A stretch of DNA of 62,972 bases, filler included, from Anaerolineae bacterium (GTDB lineage Bacteria > Chloroflexota > Anaerolineae > Epilineales > Epilineaceae): the NCBI GenBank assembly GCA_029262755.1. It is 7 parts of 7 records of this genome, joined end to end, with 100 filler letters (N's around TTAATTAATTAA, not from the genome) between each part and the next. Parts side by side here need not be neighbours in the genome. Positions count along the whole stretch, not along the records: positions 7,772 to 18,335 come from JAJCYU010000080.1; positions 18,436 to 25,902 come from JAJCYU010000081.1; 5 more parts are not named here. One strand, given 5' to 3'. How positions within the stretch are numbered: position 1 is the first letter of the stretch; each line of letters opens with the position of its first letter. Positions 9,726 through 20,861 of this stretch are shown here, one piece after another. The notes below the pieces were generated by a model. It worked only from the letters and a program-made list of their open reading frames with translations. It had not been told where the DNA came from and did no database searches. The position numbers were made by a program, and so were the translations under genes.

Positions 9726-9763
9726 AGTACAGCGGCTCGACGTTCCCGTCGAGCCGCTGTACT
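9726..9763. terminator. 17-bp perfect hairpin downstream of the HU-like gene
   Basis: AGTACAGCGGCTCGACG-TTCC-CGTCGAGCCGCTGTACT. Confidence 0.6.
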
Positions 9764-10063
9764 TGTGGGGTTGATACTGGGTAGCACCGCCTTGCTCCTA
9801 TCAACGTGCGGGATAGCCCCTATCGTCGCCGGGGCAGCGGCACTGCTTATTGAAGTCCGGAACAAGCCTAGGTGCTCCGCCCCCCTAGGTCGCCGCCGGT
9901 GCGCTGTGCGAGCGCGTCGCTACGTTGGCGCGAAGGCGGCGCCACCGTACTCCACACGGCCCGCCGTAAGACATACCGTGACGCCGCAGCAGGGTGACCT
10001 CGATCCTGTCAACATGTTGGTAACATGAAGCCATTCCAGAACCACATATTGTGGGAGCTCACC

Positions 10064-10348
10064 GTGGCCATCAATCTGTCGGTCAAGTCGGTGCCGGACC
10101 ACGTCGCGGATCGCCTCCGCCGACGTGCCGCCCGGAATCACCGGTCGCTTCAAGGTGAGCTCTTATCCATCCTTCCCGCCGCCGCCGAAGCGAAGGGCGC
10201 GCTACGCCCTGCGGAGCTTCTGGCCACGGTGCGCCGGGCGGGTCTACAGACTCCGGCCGAGTCCGCGGCGATCCTGCGGGCGGACCGCGATGCCCACGAG
10301 CGTGCTCGAAGCGTCCGCGCTCGCGTATCCGGGCGCTTGGCGGTCTAG
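10064..10348 (+). CDS. FitA-like ribbon-helix-helix antitoxin (probable C-terminal read-through)
   Basis: NLSVKSVPDHVADRLRRRAARNHRSLQGELLSIL; the end ILRADRDAH overlaps a toxin-like ATG. Confidence 0.8.
   Translation: MAINLSVKSVPDHVADRLRRRAARNHRSLQGELLSILPAAAEAKGALRPAELLATVRRAGLQTPAESAAILRADRDAHERARSVRARVSGRLAV
10290..10325 (+). pseudogene. VapC/PIN toxin N-terminal remnant
   Basis: MPTSVLEASALA resembles PIN beta-1 (VVDASALA) at the expected overlap with the antitoxin; similarity then stops. Confidence 0.55.
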
Positions 10349-10390
10349 AGTGGCGGGGACGTGCATGCGCCCTCCACGTCGCCCGTGCGG

Positions 10391-12556
10391 CTAGCGACGC
10401 GCCCACGGCAGGAACACGCGTCCCGGAGCCGTCCAGTCGCGACGATGAACCACGGCCAGTCCGCCGTCCCCGTCCGCGACGTACAGGGTTGAGCCCGACG
10501 CGGCGATGGCCCGTGCGCTGCCCGGCGTGTCGTGGTGGGTCCGCACCTCGGGGAAGCCGGGTAGCGTGAGGTTCACCTCGAAGAGGCCGGATACGCCGTG
10601 CGAGACCCAGGCCGCACCGGAGACGGGATCGACGTCGATGCCCACGACGTCTCGTCCATGACCCTGCGTGCCCGGCATGATCGGGGGCAGCTGCTGGGCC
10701 ATCACGGGCGGCGCGAATTCGGGCAGGTCGATCTGCCCGACCACGGTACCCACGGCCTCCTCGTCCGGCGACACCACATATACCGCCTGGCCGTTCGCCA
10801 CCAGCCAATGCTTGGTCGTCATGGCGGCGGCCGGCGGTATCAAGAAGCTGTTCGGGACGAACTCCAGACTACGCGCAGGGGAGGGCGACAGGGCCGCGTT
10901 GGGATCGAAATCGAGGATGCCGCTCACGAGGCCCCGGCGATGGGCCACGATGGCGCGCCCCGCGCGCACCGCGAGGTCGGTGACATCCACGCCCAACTCC
11001 AGTTTGTGCACCACCGCGGGCCACGGCTGCGCGAGCAGGTCGACGACGAGCAGGCGATCATGGAGCGTCGCCACATACGCGAAGCGCCCTTCGATCGCGG
11101 CGGCCACAGGCTGACCGTCGCCCCAACGCTCGATCACTCGAATCGGATGGAGGCCTACGCCTGTTTCCGGATGTGGCCCGAGCACGTGGATCTCCGTGAC
11201 GTCTCGCCGGTTCGGGTCGGGCGGAGGCGGGTCGATGACCCGGTGGGCGCCGACCACCGCCCAGCCTCCCGACGCCGCGACCGTCAGCGGCGCCGTGGGC
11301 GTATCGACGCATTCCTGGAGTCGCAGCGCCTCGCCCAGGGCGAGCGTGCACCAGCCCCAGCGTGTGGCGACCACGGCGTGCCCCGACGTGACCGCTACGT
11401 CGAAGACAATGTTGACGGCATCGCGAGAGGCCGTGACCAAGGGCGGGCGAGAGCTGCCGTCCAGACGATAGACCAGGAGGCCGGAGGCGCCGGCCGCGAC
11501 GAACAGATGCGTCTCCGTGGCGGCCAGATCGTAGGTCATTGCGCCTTCCGGAAGGGGCAGCGTATCGGTCGTGCGATAGTCCAGCCGGAGCGGGGACTTC
11601 GGCAGCGCCGTCGACACGATCCCCGTGCCGCCGGGGGAGGCCATCCACGCGCGCCCATCGGCGATCGCCGAGCGTTGCGGCCTGCTGAACAGACCCATTC
11701 GCATGCGGTCATTCTCGTTCGAGGCCAGGTCAACCACGCTGATCATCTCCGGATTGGGTGCGTGCACGCTCAGCAGCCGGACCCCGGAGGCATCCGCGAG
11801 ACGCTCCATATCGGCGGGCATCGGTGCGGGAAGCGCTTCCAAGCGGCTCTGCGCGGGTGCCGCGGGTTCGGCGACCAGCCGCCGCAACGTGCCATCCGCC
11901 GTTCCTACGATGACCCCCACCGCATCGCGGACCACACCGACCGCCGTCCCCTCGAGCTCCAGGGTTGCGGAACTGCCCGCAGCGAGGGGATCGCGTAGAT
12001 CCGTGAGCCGAAGTCTGCTTCCCTCCGTCACCACGGCGACGCCCTCCGCACTCCAGGCCAGGGAGGGTTGCACAGGCTCCGAAGCACTCCCGCTGGCTGG
12101 ATCCACGTGACGCCGATCCGCCCCGTTCGCCACAAGCGCGCCGAGGCGGGGTCTCGCGGGCTCGCGCAAGTCGACGACATGCACGTCCCCCCCGCGCACG
12201 CCCACCAGGGCGGCGTGCGTTCCCAAGGCGATCTCCTCGACGACCGCGGGCAGCACGGGACTGCGGCCGATGGGCGTGAAGCCCTCCTCCGTCCGGCTAT
12301 AGACCACGACCCGCGGCCCCAGGCCGGCGACGACGAGGTCGTCAGCGGCGTCCACAGCCAACGTGGCGCCGCCCCGCTGGTCGACGAGCGCGGTCGGCTC
12401 GAGCGACTGGGCGGCCACGGCGCCCGGATGCGCCGCCGTTGCGGCAGCGGCCACCGCGGCGATGCAGAGCCGGCGGACGAGCGCGCATCGGCTCGGACGG
12501 GTGGCAGGCGTGGCGGCACACAGGTCGGACGGGCGAATTGTTAGCGTGGGAGGCAT
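10391..12556 (-). CDS. Secreted LVIVD-repeat beta-propeller protein with terminal FLP tag
   Basis: Signal-like LCIAAVAAAATAAHPGAVAA; repeats LFVAAGASGLLVYRL, AYVATLHDRLLVVDL, LYVADGDGGLAVV; ends RVFLPWARR. Confidence 0.8.
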   Translation of the reverse strand: MPPTLTIRPSDLCAATPATRPSRCALVRRLCIAAVAAAATAAHPGAVAAQSLEPTALVDQRGGATLAVDAADDLVVAGLGPRVVVYSRTEEGFTPIGRSPVLPAVVEEIALGTHAALVGVRGGDVHVVDLREPARPRLGALVANGADRRHVDPASGSASEPVQPSLAWSAEGVAVVTEGSRLRLTDLRDPLAAGSSATLELEGTAVGVVRDAVGVIVGTADGTLRRLVAEPAAPAQSRLEALPAPMPADMERLADASGVRLLSVHAPNPEMISVVDLASNENDRMRMGLFSRPQRSAIADGRAWMASPGGTGIVSTALPKSPLRLDYRTTDTLPLPEGAMTYDLAATETHLFVAAGASGLLVYRLDGSSRPPLVTASRDAVNIVFDVAVTSGHAVVATRWGWCTLALGEALRLQECVDTPTAPLTVAASGGWAVVGAHRVIDPPPPDPNRRDVTEIHVLGPHPETGVGLHPIRVIERWGDGQPVAAAIEGRFAYVATLHDRLLVVDLLAQPWPAVVHKLELGVDVTDLAVRAGRAIVAHRRGLVSGILDFDPNAALSPSPARSLEFVPNSFLIPPAAAMTTKHWLVANGQAVYVVSPDEEAVGTVVGQIDLPEFAPPVMAQQLPPIMPGTQGHGRDVVGIDVDPVSGAAWVSHGVSGLFEVNLTLPGFPEVRTHHDTPGSARAIAASGSTLYVADGDGGLAVVHRRDWTAPGRVFLPWARR

Positions 12557-12699
12557 GGGGGGGACTCCTGTTCGTGGGGGGGACTCCTTTACGTGCAGTC
12601 TCCCCTTCCAGGACTCCCGCGGAAGCGATCAGGGGACGTTCTCGGAGGCTGAGGCGAGGGTGAACGCTCCTCCCGTCATACGCTCCTCCGGCAATTGGG

Positions 12700-12726
12700 T
12701 GTAATCCTCTATGCGCACCGTGCGTA
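12700..12726 (+). promoter_or_regulatory. Candidate autoregulatory ECF promoter
   Basis: TGTAAT-N17-CGTA about 10 nt before an in-frame GTG (12736) of the ECF gene. Confidence 0.5.
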
Positions 12727-12735
12727 TTGCAGTGC

Positions 12736-13293
12736 GTGAACACCCAACCTTCGGATCCCAAACCCATGACGATGCAGCCACCTGCGCCTGGAGCCGGCCC
12801 CCAGCGGCTTGACGGCGCGTCGTTCCAGGACCTGTACGTCCGACAATGGTCCTCGGTGGTCAACTACTTCCGTTATCGCGTCGGCCCGAGCGAGGCCGAA
12901 GACACGGCCGCGGAGGTCTTCTCCCGGCTTTGGAGCCGCCGCGCAACCTTCGACCCCGCCCGGGCGCCCGCCGATCATTGGCTGTGGGTTGCCGTGCGCA
13001 ACGCCGCCATCGACAACCTACGACGCAGAGGGCGGGAGACCGAGCCCTTGCTCGACGTCCGGATGGGCGACTCCCTGGAGGACCGGACGGCCCGAAGCGT
13101 CGATCTCCTCGCTCGACTGCACCGGCTTGCCGCCAGCGACCACGAGATCCTCGCCCTGCGCTTCGGCGCAGGCTTGCCCCATCAGCACATCGCCGACCTT
13201 CTGGGCATGCGCCCGGGCGCCGTGGCCGTGCGGATGCATCGCGCGCTGCGTCGCCTGCGCACGCTGGAGTCCGGCAAGGGAGACCCCGCATGA
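12736..13293 (+). CDS. ECF RNA polymerase sigma factor
   Basis: Region 2 FQDLY...AEDTAAEVFSRLW...WLWVAVRNAAIDNLRR; region 4 EILALRF...IADLLG...VAVRMHRALRRLR. Start 12736 or 12766. Confidence 0.92.
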   Translation: MNTQPSDPKPMTMQPPAPGAGPQRLDGASFQDLYVRQWSSVVNYFRYRVGPSEAEDTAAEVFSRLWSRRATFDPARAPADHWLWVAVRNAAIDNLRRRGRETEPLLDVRMGDSLEDRTARSVDLLARLHRLAASDHEILALRFGAGLPHQHIADLLGMRPGAVAVRMHRALRRLRTLESGKGDPA

Positions 13294-14213
13294 CGACGCC
13301 CACCGATCGCTTCCTGTCGCTCGTGGACCAGGTGGAAGCAACGGGCCGGATCCCGGAGGTCTCGGGGCTCGCATCGGCCGACCGCGCAGCACTGGACGTC
13401 GCGCATCAGCTCTTCGCCCAACGGGTTGAGCTCGCGCCTCCCGCCATGCAGTGGCCCGCCACGGATGCTGGACACGTTCAGCGCAACGCCGACCGCGATA
13501 CAACGCTCTTCCCCTTCCCCACGCTCTCGACCGATGCCGCCCGCCCCGCACCGTGGCCGCGTTGGCTCTCGGGCGCCGCGGCCGCTGCGATCGTCGTCGC
13601 CTTGGTCGCGCTTGCCCGCTCGGGCGCGGTGCGTGAGCCCGGGCCGGTGGTTCCCGCGCGCGGCGCGACCCCGGCGGGATTGGGGATCGTGGCCCCGACC
13701 GCGGATTCGTCGCGCATGGCGACCCCCGTCGGCGGTGGGGCCACCGCGCTCCCCACGGGCTCCGGACCGACGGGCCGCGTGACGCCGCTCGTGACCGCGG
13801 CCGCGACCCCGCCGGCAATCACGGTCGCCACGGGGGTCGCGGCGACCTTCCCCGCGAAGGGCGCGATCGATGACGCCGATCCGATCCCCTCCTCGGACGG
13901 AGATTCTCCCCGCGACACAGATTCCGAGGGAGCGCCTCCCACGACGGTAGAGCCCGAGCTACCAGAGCCGGAAGCCACGGCTCAGGCGACCGCCGCGCCG
14001 ACCCAAGCAGCCACGCGCAAGCAAACCGAGGGGCCTCCCCCCGCCAGCCGCACGCCCCGCGCCCCCGCCACCACCACCGCGCCTCCACCGCCGACCCGGC
14101 CGGCGGCCACGAGCACCGCACCGCCCTCGCAGCCTCCGCCCCCCTTGCAGACGATGGTGCCGCTGCCCACGGACGCTCCGCCCGCGTCACCCACACCGCC
14201 CACGACACCATGA
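13290..14213 (+). CDS. Putative anti-sigma factor (single TM, Pro/Thr-rich extracellular tail)
   Basis: ATGA overlap with the ECF stop; TM WLSGAAAAAIVVALVALA; position typical of an anti-sigma. Confidence 0.7.
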   Translation: MTTPTDRFLSLVDQVEATGRIPEVSGLASADRAALDVAHQLFAQRVELAPPAMQWPATDAGHVQRNADRDTTLFPFPTLSTDAARPAPWPRWLSGAAAAAIVVALVALARSGAVREPGPVVPARGATPAGLGIVAPTADSSRMATPVGGGATALPTGSGPTGRVTPLVTAAATPPAITVATGVAATFPAKGAIDDADPIPSSDGDSPRDTDSEGAPPTTVEPELPEPEATAQATAAPTQAATRKQTEGPPPASRTPRAPATTTAPPPPTRPAATSTAPPSQPPPPLQTMVPLPTDAPPASPTPPTTP

Positions 14214-14266
14214 AGTCGCGCAACCGCCACGCTCTCCCGACCGCCCCCGCACCGTTGGAGATCCAC

Positions 14267-15775
14267 ATGTCGACACGTCCGCAGATCGAGACTGGCCGCG
14301 CCATGGGCCCCCGCCCCTCGCCCCGATCCCGATGGTGGCTTCTCCTGCTTGCCGGAGTCGCCGGCTTTGCCCTCGGGCAGGGCCTCCTCGCTCCCGCAGC
14401 GTCGCCTACGGTCTCGGCAGCACCCGGAGCGCAGCCTGCGGTCGCCGGCGCCTTGGATCGGCGGCAGGCGCACGCCCCGGCGATCGGCCGGGCGACAGGC
14501 TCGCTGGACTGCGTCGGAGACATCGAGATCCGCAATCTCGGCCAGCAGCCCACCGTCGTGGCGCTCCTCGGTTGGCGGGGCGAGCCCCTGTGCCCGCCCC
14601 ACAGCCTGGGCCCGGGGCACCTCGATTGCTCGGGCCTCATCGCCCCAGGTGCCACGTGGACGATGGCCCACCACGACATCCCCGCCGACCTGCTCAGCGG
14701 CTCGTTCTACAGCCTGTCGACGGCCCCCCTCGAGGCCGCACCCGGCACAACGCCCCAGCCGATCGCCGCAATCCTCTGCACGTGGCTGTCCACCGAGATG
14801 GTCGGGGACGCCGAAGCCTATCGACACTTCAAGCGCGCTTTCGACACCGGCGAGGCGGCGGCGGGTGGCCTCGCCGGGATTCCCGCCACGCAGATACCCG
14901 GCGAACCCATCGAAGTGATCGTCCGACGCGATTGCGACTTGGGAGAGGGCCGACGCGCGGCGTCGGACTACGTGGCCGTCTCGGGCGACCGCCTGACGAC
15001 ACCGGAGCTGAGCGGCGACCTCATCGACGTCACCAGCGCCATGCTGCCCTTCCTGGTGGCCGACGCCTCCCAGCTCGGCTCCAGCTACATCCACATGCAC
15101 AATTCCAGCATGGAGTGCGCCGTCGCCGAGCTTTGGTTCGCCGCCTTCGGCAAGTGCATGCGCCGCACGATTTGCGAATTGAGGCTGCCCCTGGGCCCCG
15201 GCGCCACCTCCAGCCTCGACCTGCGGGCCTGCCTCGCGCCCGGCGATCGCGGTGTCGGCTGGATCCGTGTCACGCAGCCCGTGTCCATCCTGGTCGACAC
15301 GGTCGGAGAGACAACCCTGCCCGCATACACCCACAGCGCCCGCGGCGCGCGCGGACTCCGCGCCGGCGGCATCGCACGGGCCGCGGCCGGCCGCACCACG
15401 CTGCTCCACATCGCCAACCACGACCGGAGCGTCGAGGCGAAGGTCGAGCTCACGTTCCGGCGCGGAGAAACGGTGGATGCCACGCTCCCAGGCTGGGTCT
15501 GCCCCGGCGGAGGGCTCACCGTCGACCCCCGGGAGATCTCCGCGCTGCCGGATGGGTGGCAGGGACAGGTCGACATCATCAGCCTTCCGCGACCCGCGGA
15601 GCACTACAGCCCCGGCTGGAGCCCGATCAGCGGCATCGTGAGCGTCGTGGAGCACCCGACGCCCGATCAGATGATTTCCGTCGGCTTCGCGCGCTTCGAA
15701 GTGATCGACAGCCCGCTGATCGAGCCGATTCCACAGCCGCACTTGCTCTTCATGCCGATCGCCTGGAAGCGCTGA
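14267..15775 (+). CDS. Secreted Cys-containing beta-sandwich repeat protein with terminal FMP tag
   Basis: Signal WWLLLLAGVAGFALG; repeated IxNxxxxxxxV...lxPGxtxxlD modules; ends HLLFMPIAWKR. Start 14210 or 14267. Confidence 0.75.
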   Translation: MSTRPQIETGRAMGPRPSPRSRWWLLLLAGVAGFALGQGLLAPAASPTVSAAPGAQPAVAGALDRRQAHAPAIGRATGSLDCVGDIEIRNLGQQPTVVALLGWRGEPLCPPHSLGPGHLDCSGLIAPGATWTMAHHDIPADLLSGSFYSLSTAPLEAAPGTTPQPIAAILCTWLSTEMVGDAEAYRHFKRAFDTGEAAAGGLAGIPATQIPGEPIEVIVRRDCDLGEGRRAASDYVAVSGDRLTTPELSGDLIDVTSAMLPFLVADASQLGSSYIHMHNSSMECAVAELWFAAFGKCMRRTICELRLPLGPGATSSLDLRACLAPGDRGVGWIRVTQPVSILVDTVGETTLPAYTHSARGARGLRAGGIARAAAGRTTLLHIANHDRSVEAKVELTFRRGETVDATLPGWVCPGGGLTVDPREISALPDGWQGQVDIISLPRPAEHYSPGWSPISGIVSVVEHPTPDQMISVGFARFEVIDSPLIEPIPQPHLLFMPIAWKR

Positions 15776-15835
15776 GCGCAGCCCCGGGCGAAACGTCCCA
15801 CACCAACAACCCAAACAACATCAAAGGAAGGCCCG

Positions 15836-16981
15836 ATGATCGTCTCCGCACGAATCATGCGTCTGACCCTGGCTGTCGCCTGCGCCCTCGCCTGGCAATC
15901 CAGGGCCCACGAACCCACCCACGCACAGTCCCCGATCGTGATGCAGGAGCACTGGTCGCACCCCGCGCAGGTCGGCACCGAGTGGGAGAGCCTCATGGTC
16001 GCGGCCATTCTGGTCAACGATTCCAAGACCCCGCTGCAGATCCGCCGCATCACCGTCTCGCTCAGGGCGGGCGACCGCACCATCGCCACGGCCGACGCCT
16101 CCGCCTGTGCGGTGAAGTCGATGCTCGCTCCGGGAGAGCGCACGGCCTGCTACACGGAGGTTGACACCTCGGAGTCCGAGCGCGTCGACGATGTCCGTCT
16201 ACGCGTGACCGCCGTGGAGGCCACGGCGGTGGACGCGGCGCGCTTCGCGCAGCCGCCGGAGGTGCTGCGCGAAGTGCTCGAACGGCATGAGGACTACACA
16301 AGTTACGATGCCGAGCTCCGGAATCCGGGCCCGGCGGCCTATCGCTCCTCCGGGGACACCTGGACGGGGGCGCTGCGAGCGATCGCGGTCTTCCGTGGAC
16401 CCGAAGGCATCCTCCAGGTGGACGCGTCTCCGCTCGTCATGCGGCGCGGCCACGTGCCGGTCGGCGAGTTGCTCTACCTGTCGAGTTTCGGCTCCCCGAG
16501 GACCGCGCAAGAAATCGAGGAGGTCGAAGTCTTCTACGGGATGCTCCCCGTGCCCGCGGGCACGGCGCCCGTAGACTGGGAGGTCGCCGATATGACGTGG
16601 TCGGTCGACGCGCAGGAAGAGGGGGAGGTCCTGAACATCTCCGCCACCGTCACGAACCGCTCCGAGATCACCGCCGAGGCGGCAGTCGCCTTCCACCTTC
16701 TCGAGGAGAACGGCGCGGGACACACGGCGATGGCATACTCCGACCAGACCGTGGGACCGGGGGAACAACTCCCCTTCGCCTACAGTTCCCGGGTGCGGGA
16801 GACCGGCTACTTCGACTTCTTGTCCGAGGTGCGCGTCCACGTGTCCAGCATGGCGCTCATCGATGTGCCGGTGCCACCGAGCCCCACCGCGCCGCCGACC
16901 CAGAGCCCGATCGCCACACCGACATCCGCCGCCTCGCCCGCGCCGGCCCGCGCGATCTACGTGCCCATCGTATCGCGTTAG
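15836..16981 (+). CDS. Secreted Ig-like repeat protein with terminal YVP tag
   Basis: Signal-like N-terminus; modules LVNDS...LAPGE, LRNPG, VTNRS...VGPGE; PT-rich linker, ends RAIYVPIVSR. Confidence 0.75.
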   Translation: MIVSARIMRLTLAVACALAWQSRAHEPTHAQSPIVMQEHWSHPAQVGTEWESLMVAAILVNDSKTPLQIRRITVSLRAGDRTIATADASACAVKSMLAPGERTACYTEVDTSESERVDDVRLRVTAVEATAVDAARFAQPPEVLREVLERHEDYTSYDAELRNPGPAAYRSSGDTWTGALRAIAVFRGPEGILQVDASPLVMRRGHVPVGELLYLSSFGSPRTAQEIEEVEVFYGMLPVPAGTAPVDWEVADMTWSVDAQEEGEVLNISATVTNRSEITAEAAVAFHLLEENGAGHTAMAYSDQTVGPGEQLPFAYSSRVRETGYFDFLSEVRVHVSSMALIDVPVPPSPTAPPTQSPIATPTSAASPAPARAIYVPIVSR

Positions 16982-17083
16982 CCCCGCGCTATTCCCAACC
17001 GCCCGCGCTGCCCTGCGGCCGGAAGCGCGTGGTGCCGAGCCCGCCGGCCGAGGCGAAGGAGTCCGCGAGATCGACCGGCAGCC

Positions 17084-17233
17084 CTGCCGGTGCATCTGGT
17101 GGACGTCGACCACGCGTCGGTCGTCGAGCTGGCCGAGCAGACCGGGCTGTCGGCCAACGACGCGGCATACGTATGGCTTGCGCGGAATCTGGGCGCTCAG
17201 CTCGTTACGCTGGACCGCAAGTTGGTGGCAGCC
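17084..17233 (+). pseudogene. VapC/PIN toxin C-terminal remnant
   Basis: LPVHLVDVDHASVVELAEQTGLSANDAAYVWLARNLGAQLVTLDRKL matches the PIN C-terminal half (..YDA.Y..LA...LVTLD..L); no N-terminus adjacent. Confidence 0.8.
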
Positions 17234-17638
17234 AGCACCCCCAGCAACTCCGTCGGCGTGAAGATCGGCAGGGGTCGACCCCGGCGAAGCAGGTGGCGTC
17301 GCGCGTGACGATGGCCTTCGCAGCCGCAGCGCGTGCCGCTTCGTAGAGCACGGCGTCCTCGTAGTCGACCGCGACGCGGTCAAGGGCGCGCGAGAGCACC
17401 TGCTCGTCCACCGTCGCGACGTCGAACTACGCTAGGAGGCTGGCCACATGTCGTGCGGCCGCTGCTCGCCGGCGCCGCGGCGGAGCAGGGAGTGAATCGT
17501 GGTGACGGTCGTCGCTCCGAGGAGCCCGGTGACGCGGTGCCGCTCGACGTGCGTCATGAGCCGGGCGGCCGAGGTAGCATGAGGCTCGCGCCATAGCAGC
17601 GCGTCGAGGATCACGTTCGTGTAAAACAGGATCCTCAC
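17225..17638 (-). pseudogene. PIN-domain toxin pseudogene (frameshifts, internal stop, catalytic D to Y)
   Basis: MRILFYTNVILDALLWRE..., then other frames ...DYEDAVLYEAA...IVTRD and LPIFTPTELL. Confidence 0.8.
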
Positions 17639-17874
17639 GCGTGCTTCGCGGCGAGGTGATCGAGGTAGTCCGTCTCGTCGATCTCCGAGTCGGCCAGCAC
17701 GCCCACCAGCGATCGCACGGTTGGAGAGAGATCCAACTCATCCTCGGCCGATTGGCCCAGTACCGCGAAATAGTCGGCCACCAATGCCGACACCGACGTG
17801 CCCGTCCGACGCGCATAGGCCTTTGCCCGCCGAACGAGCGCTTCGTCCATACGTAAGGTGAGTCGTTGCTGCAT
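17635..17874 (-). CDS. RHH-type antitoxin (DUF6364-like)
   Basis: MQQRLTLRMDEALVRRAKAYARRTGTSVSALVADYF...YLDHLAAKHA; CAGGAG RBS; overlaps the toxin start. Confidence 0.8.
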   Translation of the reverse strand: MQQRLTLRMDEALVRRAKAYARRTGTSVSALVADYFAVLGQSAEDELDLSPTVRSLVGVLADSEIDETDYLDHLAAKHA

Positions 17875-18024
17875 CGGGATACACTCCTGCGTTGACGTAA
17901 TAATTTTCCTCTTGTTGTACGTCAGGGCCTTCCTCGCCCGCAACCTCGGGCCGCGCGAGAGGTTGGCGTCGGGACCTCGCGATGGCGATAGACCCACGTG
18001 TTCGCAGCCCTTCGTGATCGCTTC

Positions 18025-18092
18025 CGGGGCGGTGCCCTCAACGATCGCGATCTCCTCCTCCGTGAGCCCGTAGGGCCGGTACACGATCTTCG
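18025..18092 (-). pseudogene. C-terminal remnant of a type IIG/Eco57I-like restriction-modification protein
   Basis: KIVYRPYGLTEEEIAIVEG resembles the VYxLYGLTxEEIxIVE tail of such enzymes. Confidence 0.5.
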
Positions 18093-18215
18093 GCCAGGCC
18101 ACATAGCGATCACCGCAGTGCTTCTTGTAGGTCACCACCCATGCACGTGCCTCATCGCCCTCGGCTTCGGCCTCCGTCAGACGTGCGCGAATCAAATCGG
18201 CGATCAGCTCGCGCT

Positions 18216-18335
18216 TCACGCGCGTGCGGCCGGCTCCACGATCTCGGTCGCCGGCGAGTACCCCAAATTCGGCCCCAGCCAACGCTCCGCCTCGGCCATC
18301 GTCCAGCCCTTGCGCGCGGCGTAGTCGGCCACCTG
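18216..18335 (-). CDS. metH: Cobalamin-dependent methionine synthase, 3' fragment
   Basis: Read by hand: QVADYAARKGWTMAEAERWLGPNLGY...*. Confidence 0.85.
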   Translation of the reverse strand, partial: QVADYAARKGWTMAEAERWLGPNLGYSPATEIVEPAARA

Positions 18336-18435
18336 NNNNNNNNNNNNNNNNNNNNNNNNNNNNNNNNNNNNNNNNNNNNTTAATTAATTAANNNNNNNNN
18401 NNNNNNNNNNNNNNNNNNNNNNNNNNNNNNNNNNN

Positions 18436-18666
18436 ATAGTGCCGGTTGTCCGTCTGGTACTCGACGTGCGCGATCGAGATCGTGATGCCGCGCGCACGCT
18501 CTTCCGGCGCCTTGTCGATATTTTCGAAGGCCGAGAAGTCCGCATAGCCCTTCTTCGAGAGCGCCTTCGTGATCGCTGCCGTCAACGTCGTCTTACCGTG
18601 GTCCACGTGTCCGATGGTGCCCACGTTGAGGTGGGGCTTCTCTCGGACGAAAGTTGCTTTAGCCAT
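18436..18666 (-). CDS. tuf: Elongation factor Tu, 5' fragment
   Basis: [33 protein letters not shown]...RGITI. Confidence 0.97.
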
Positions 18667-18732
18667 CTTCGTTCTCACTCCTGGTCTGGGCCGTGCTATT
18701 CGGCACGGCCCCCGATCACGATTCGTTCCCGG

Positions 18733-20814
<2,082 letters not shown>

Positions 20815-20861
20815 GCTCTGCTTTCCTCGTCAGCGCTAAAGCGCGTCGTATTCGTTGTCAA

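Noticed and set aside
8160..18000. Integron cassette array
   Set aside because: Genes face both ways, there is no integrase, and no paired RYYYAAC/GTTRRRY attC sites; the GTTAGCC at 16977 is a gene end.
7482..18666. tuf apparently interrupted by an 11-kb insertion
   Set aside because: The two pieces are on separate contigs bounded by linkers; a break in tuf is typical of collapsed near-identical copies.
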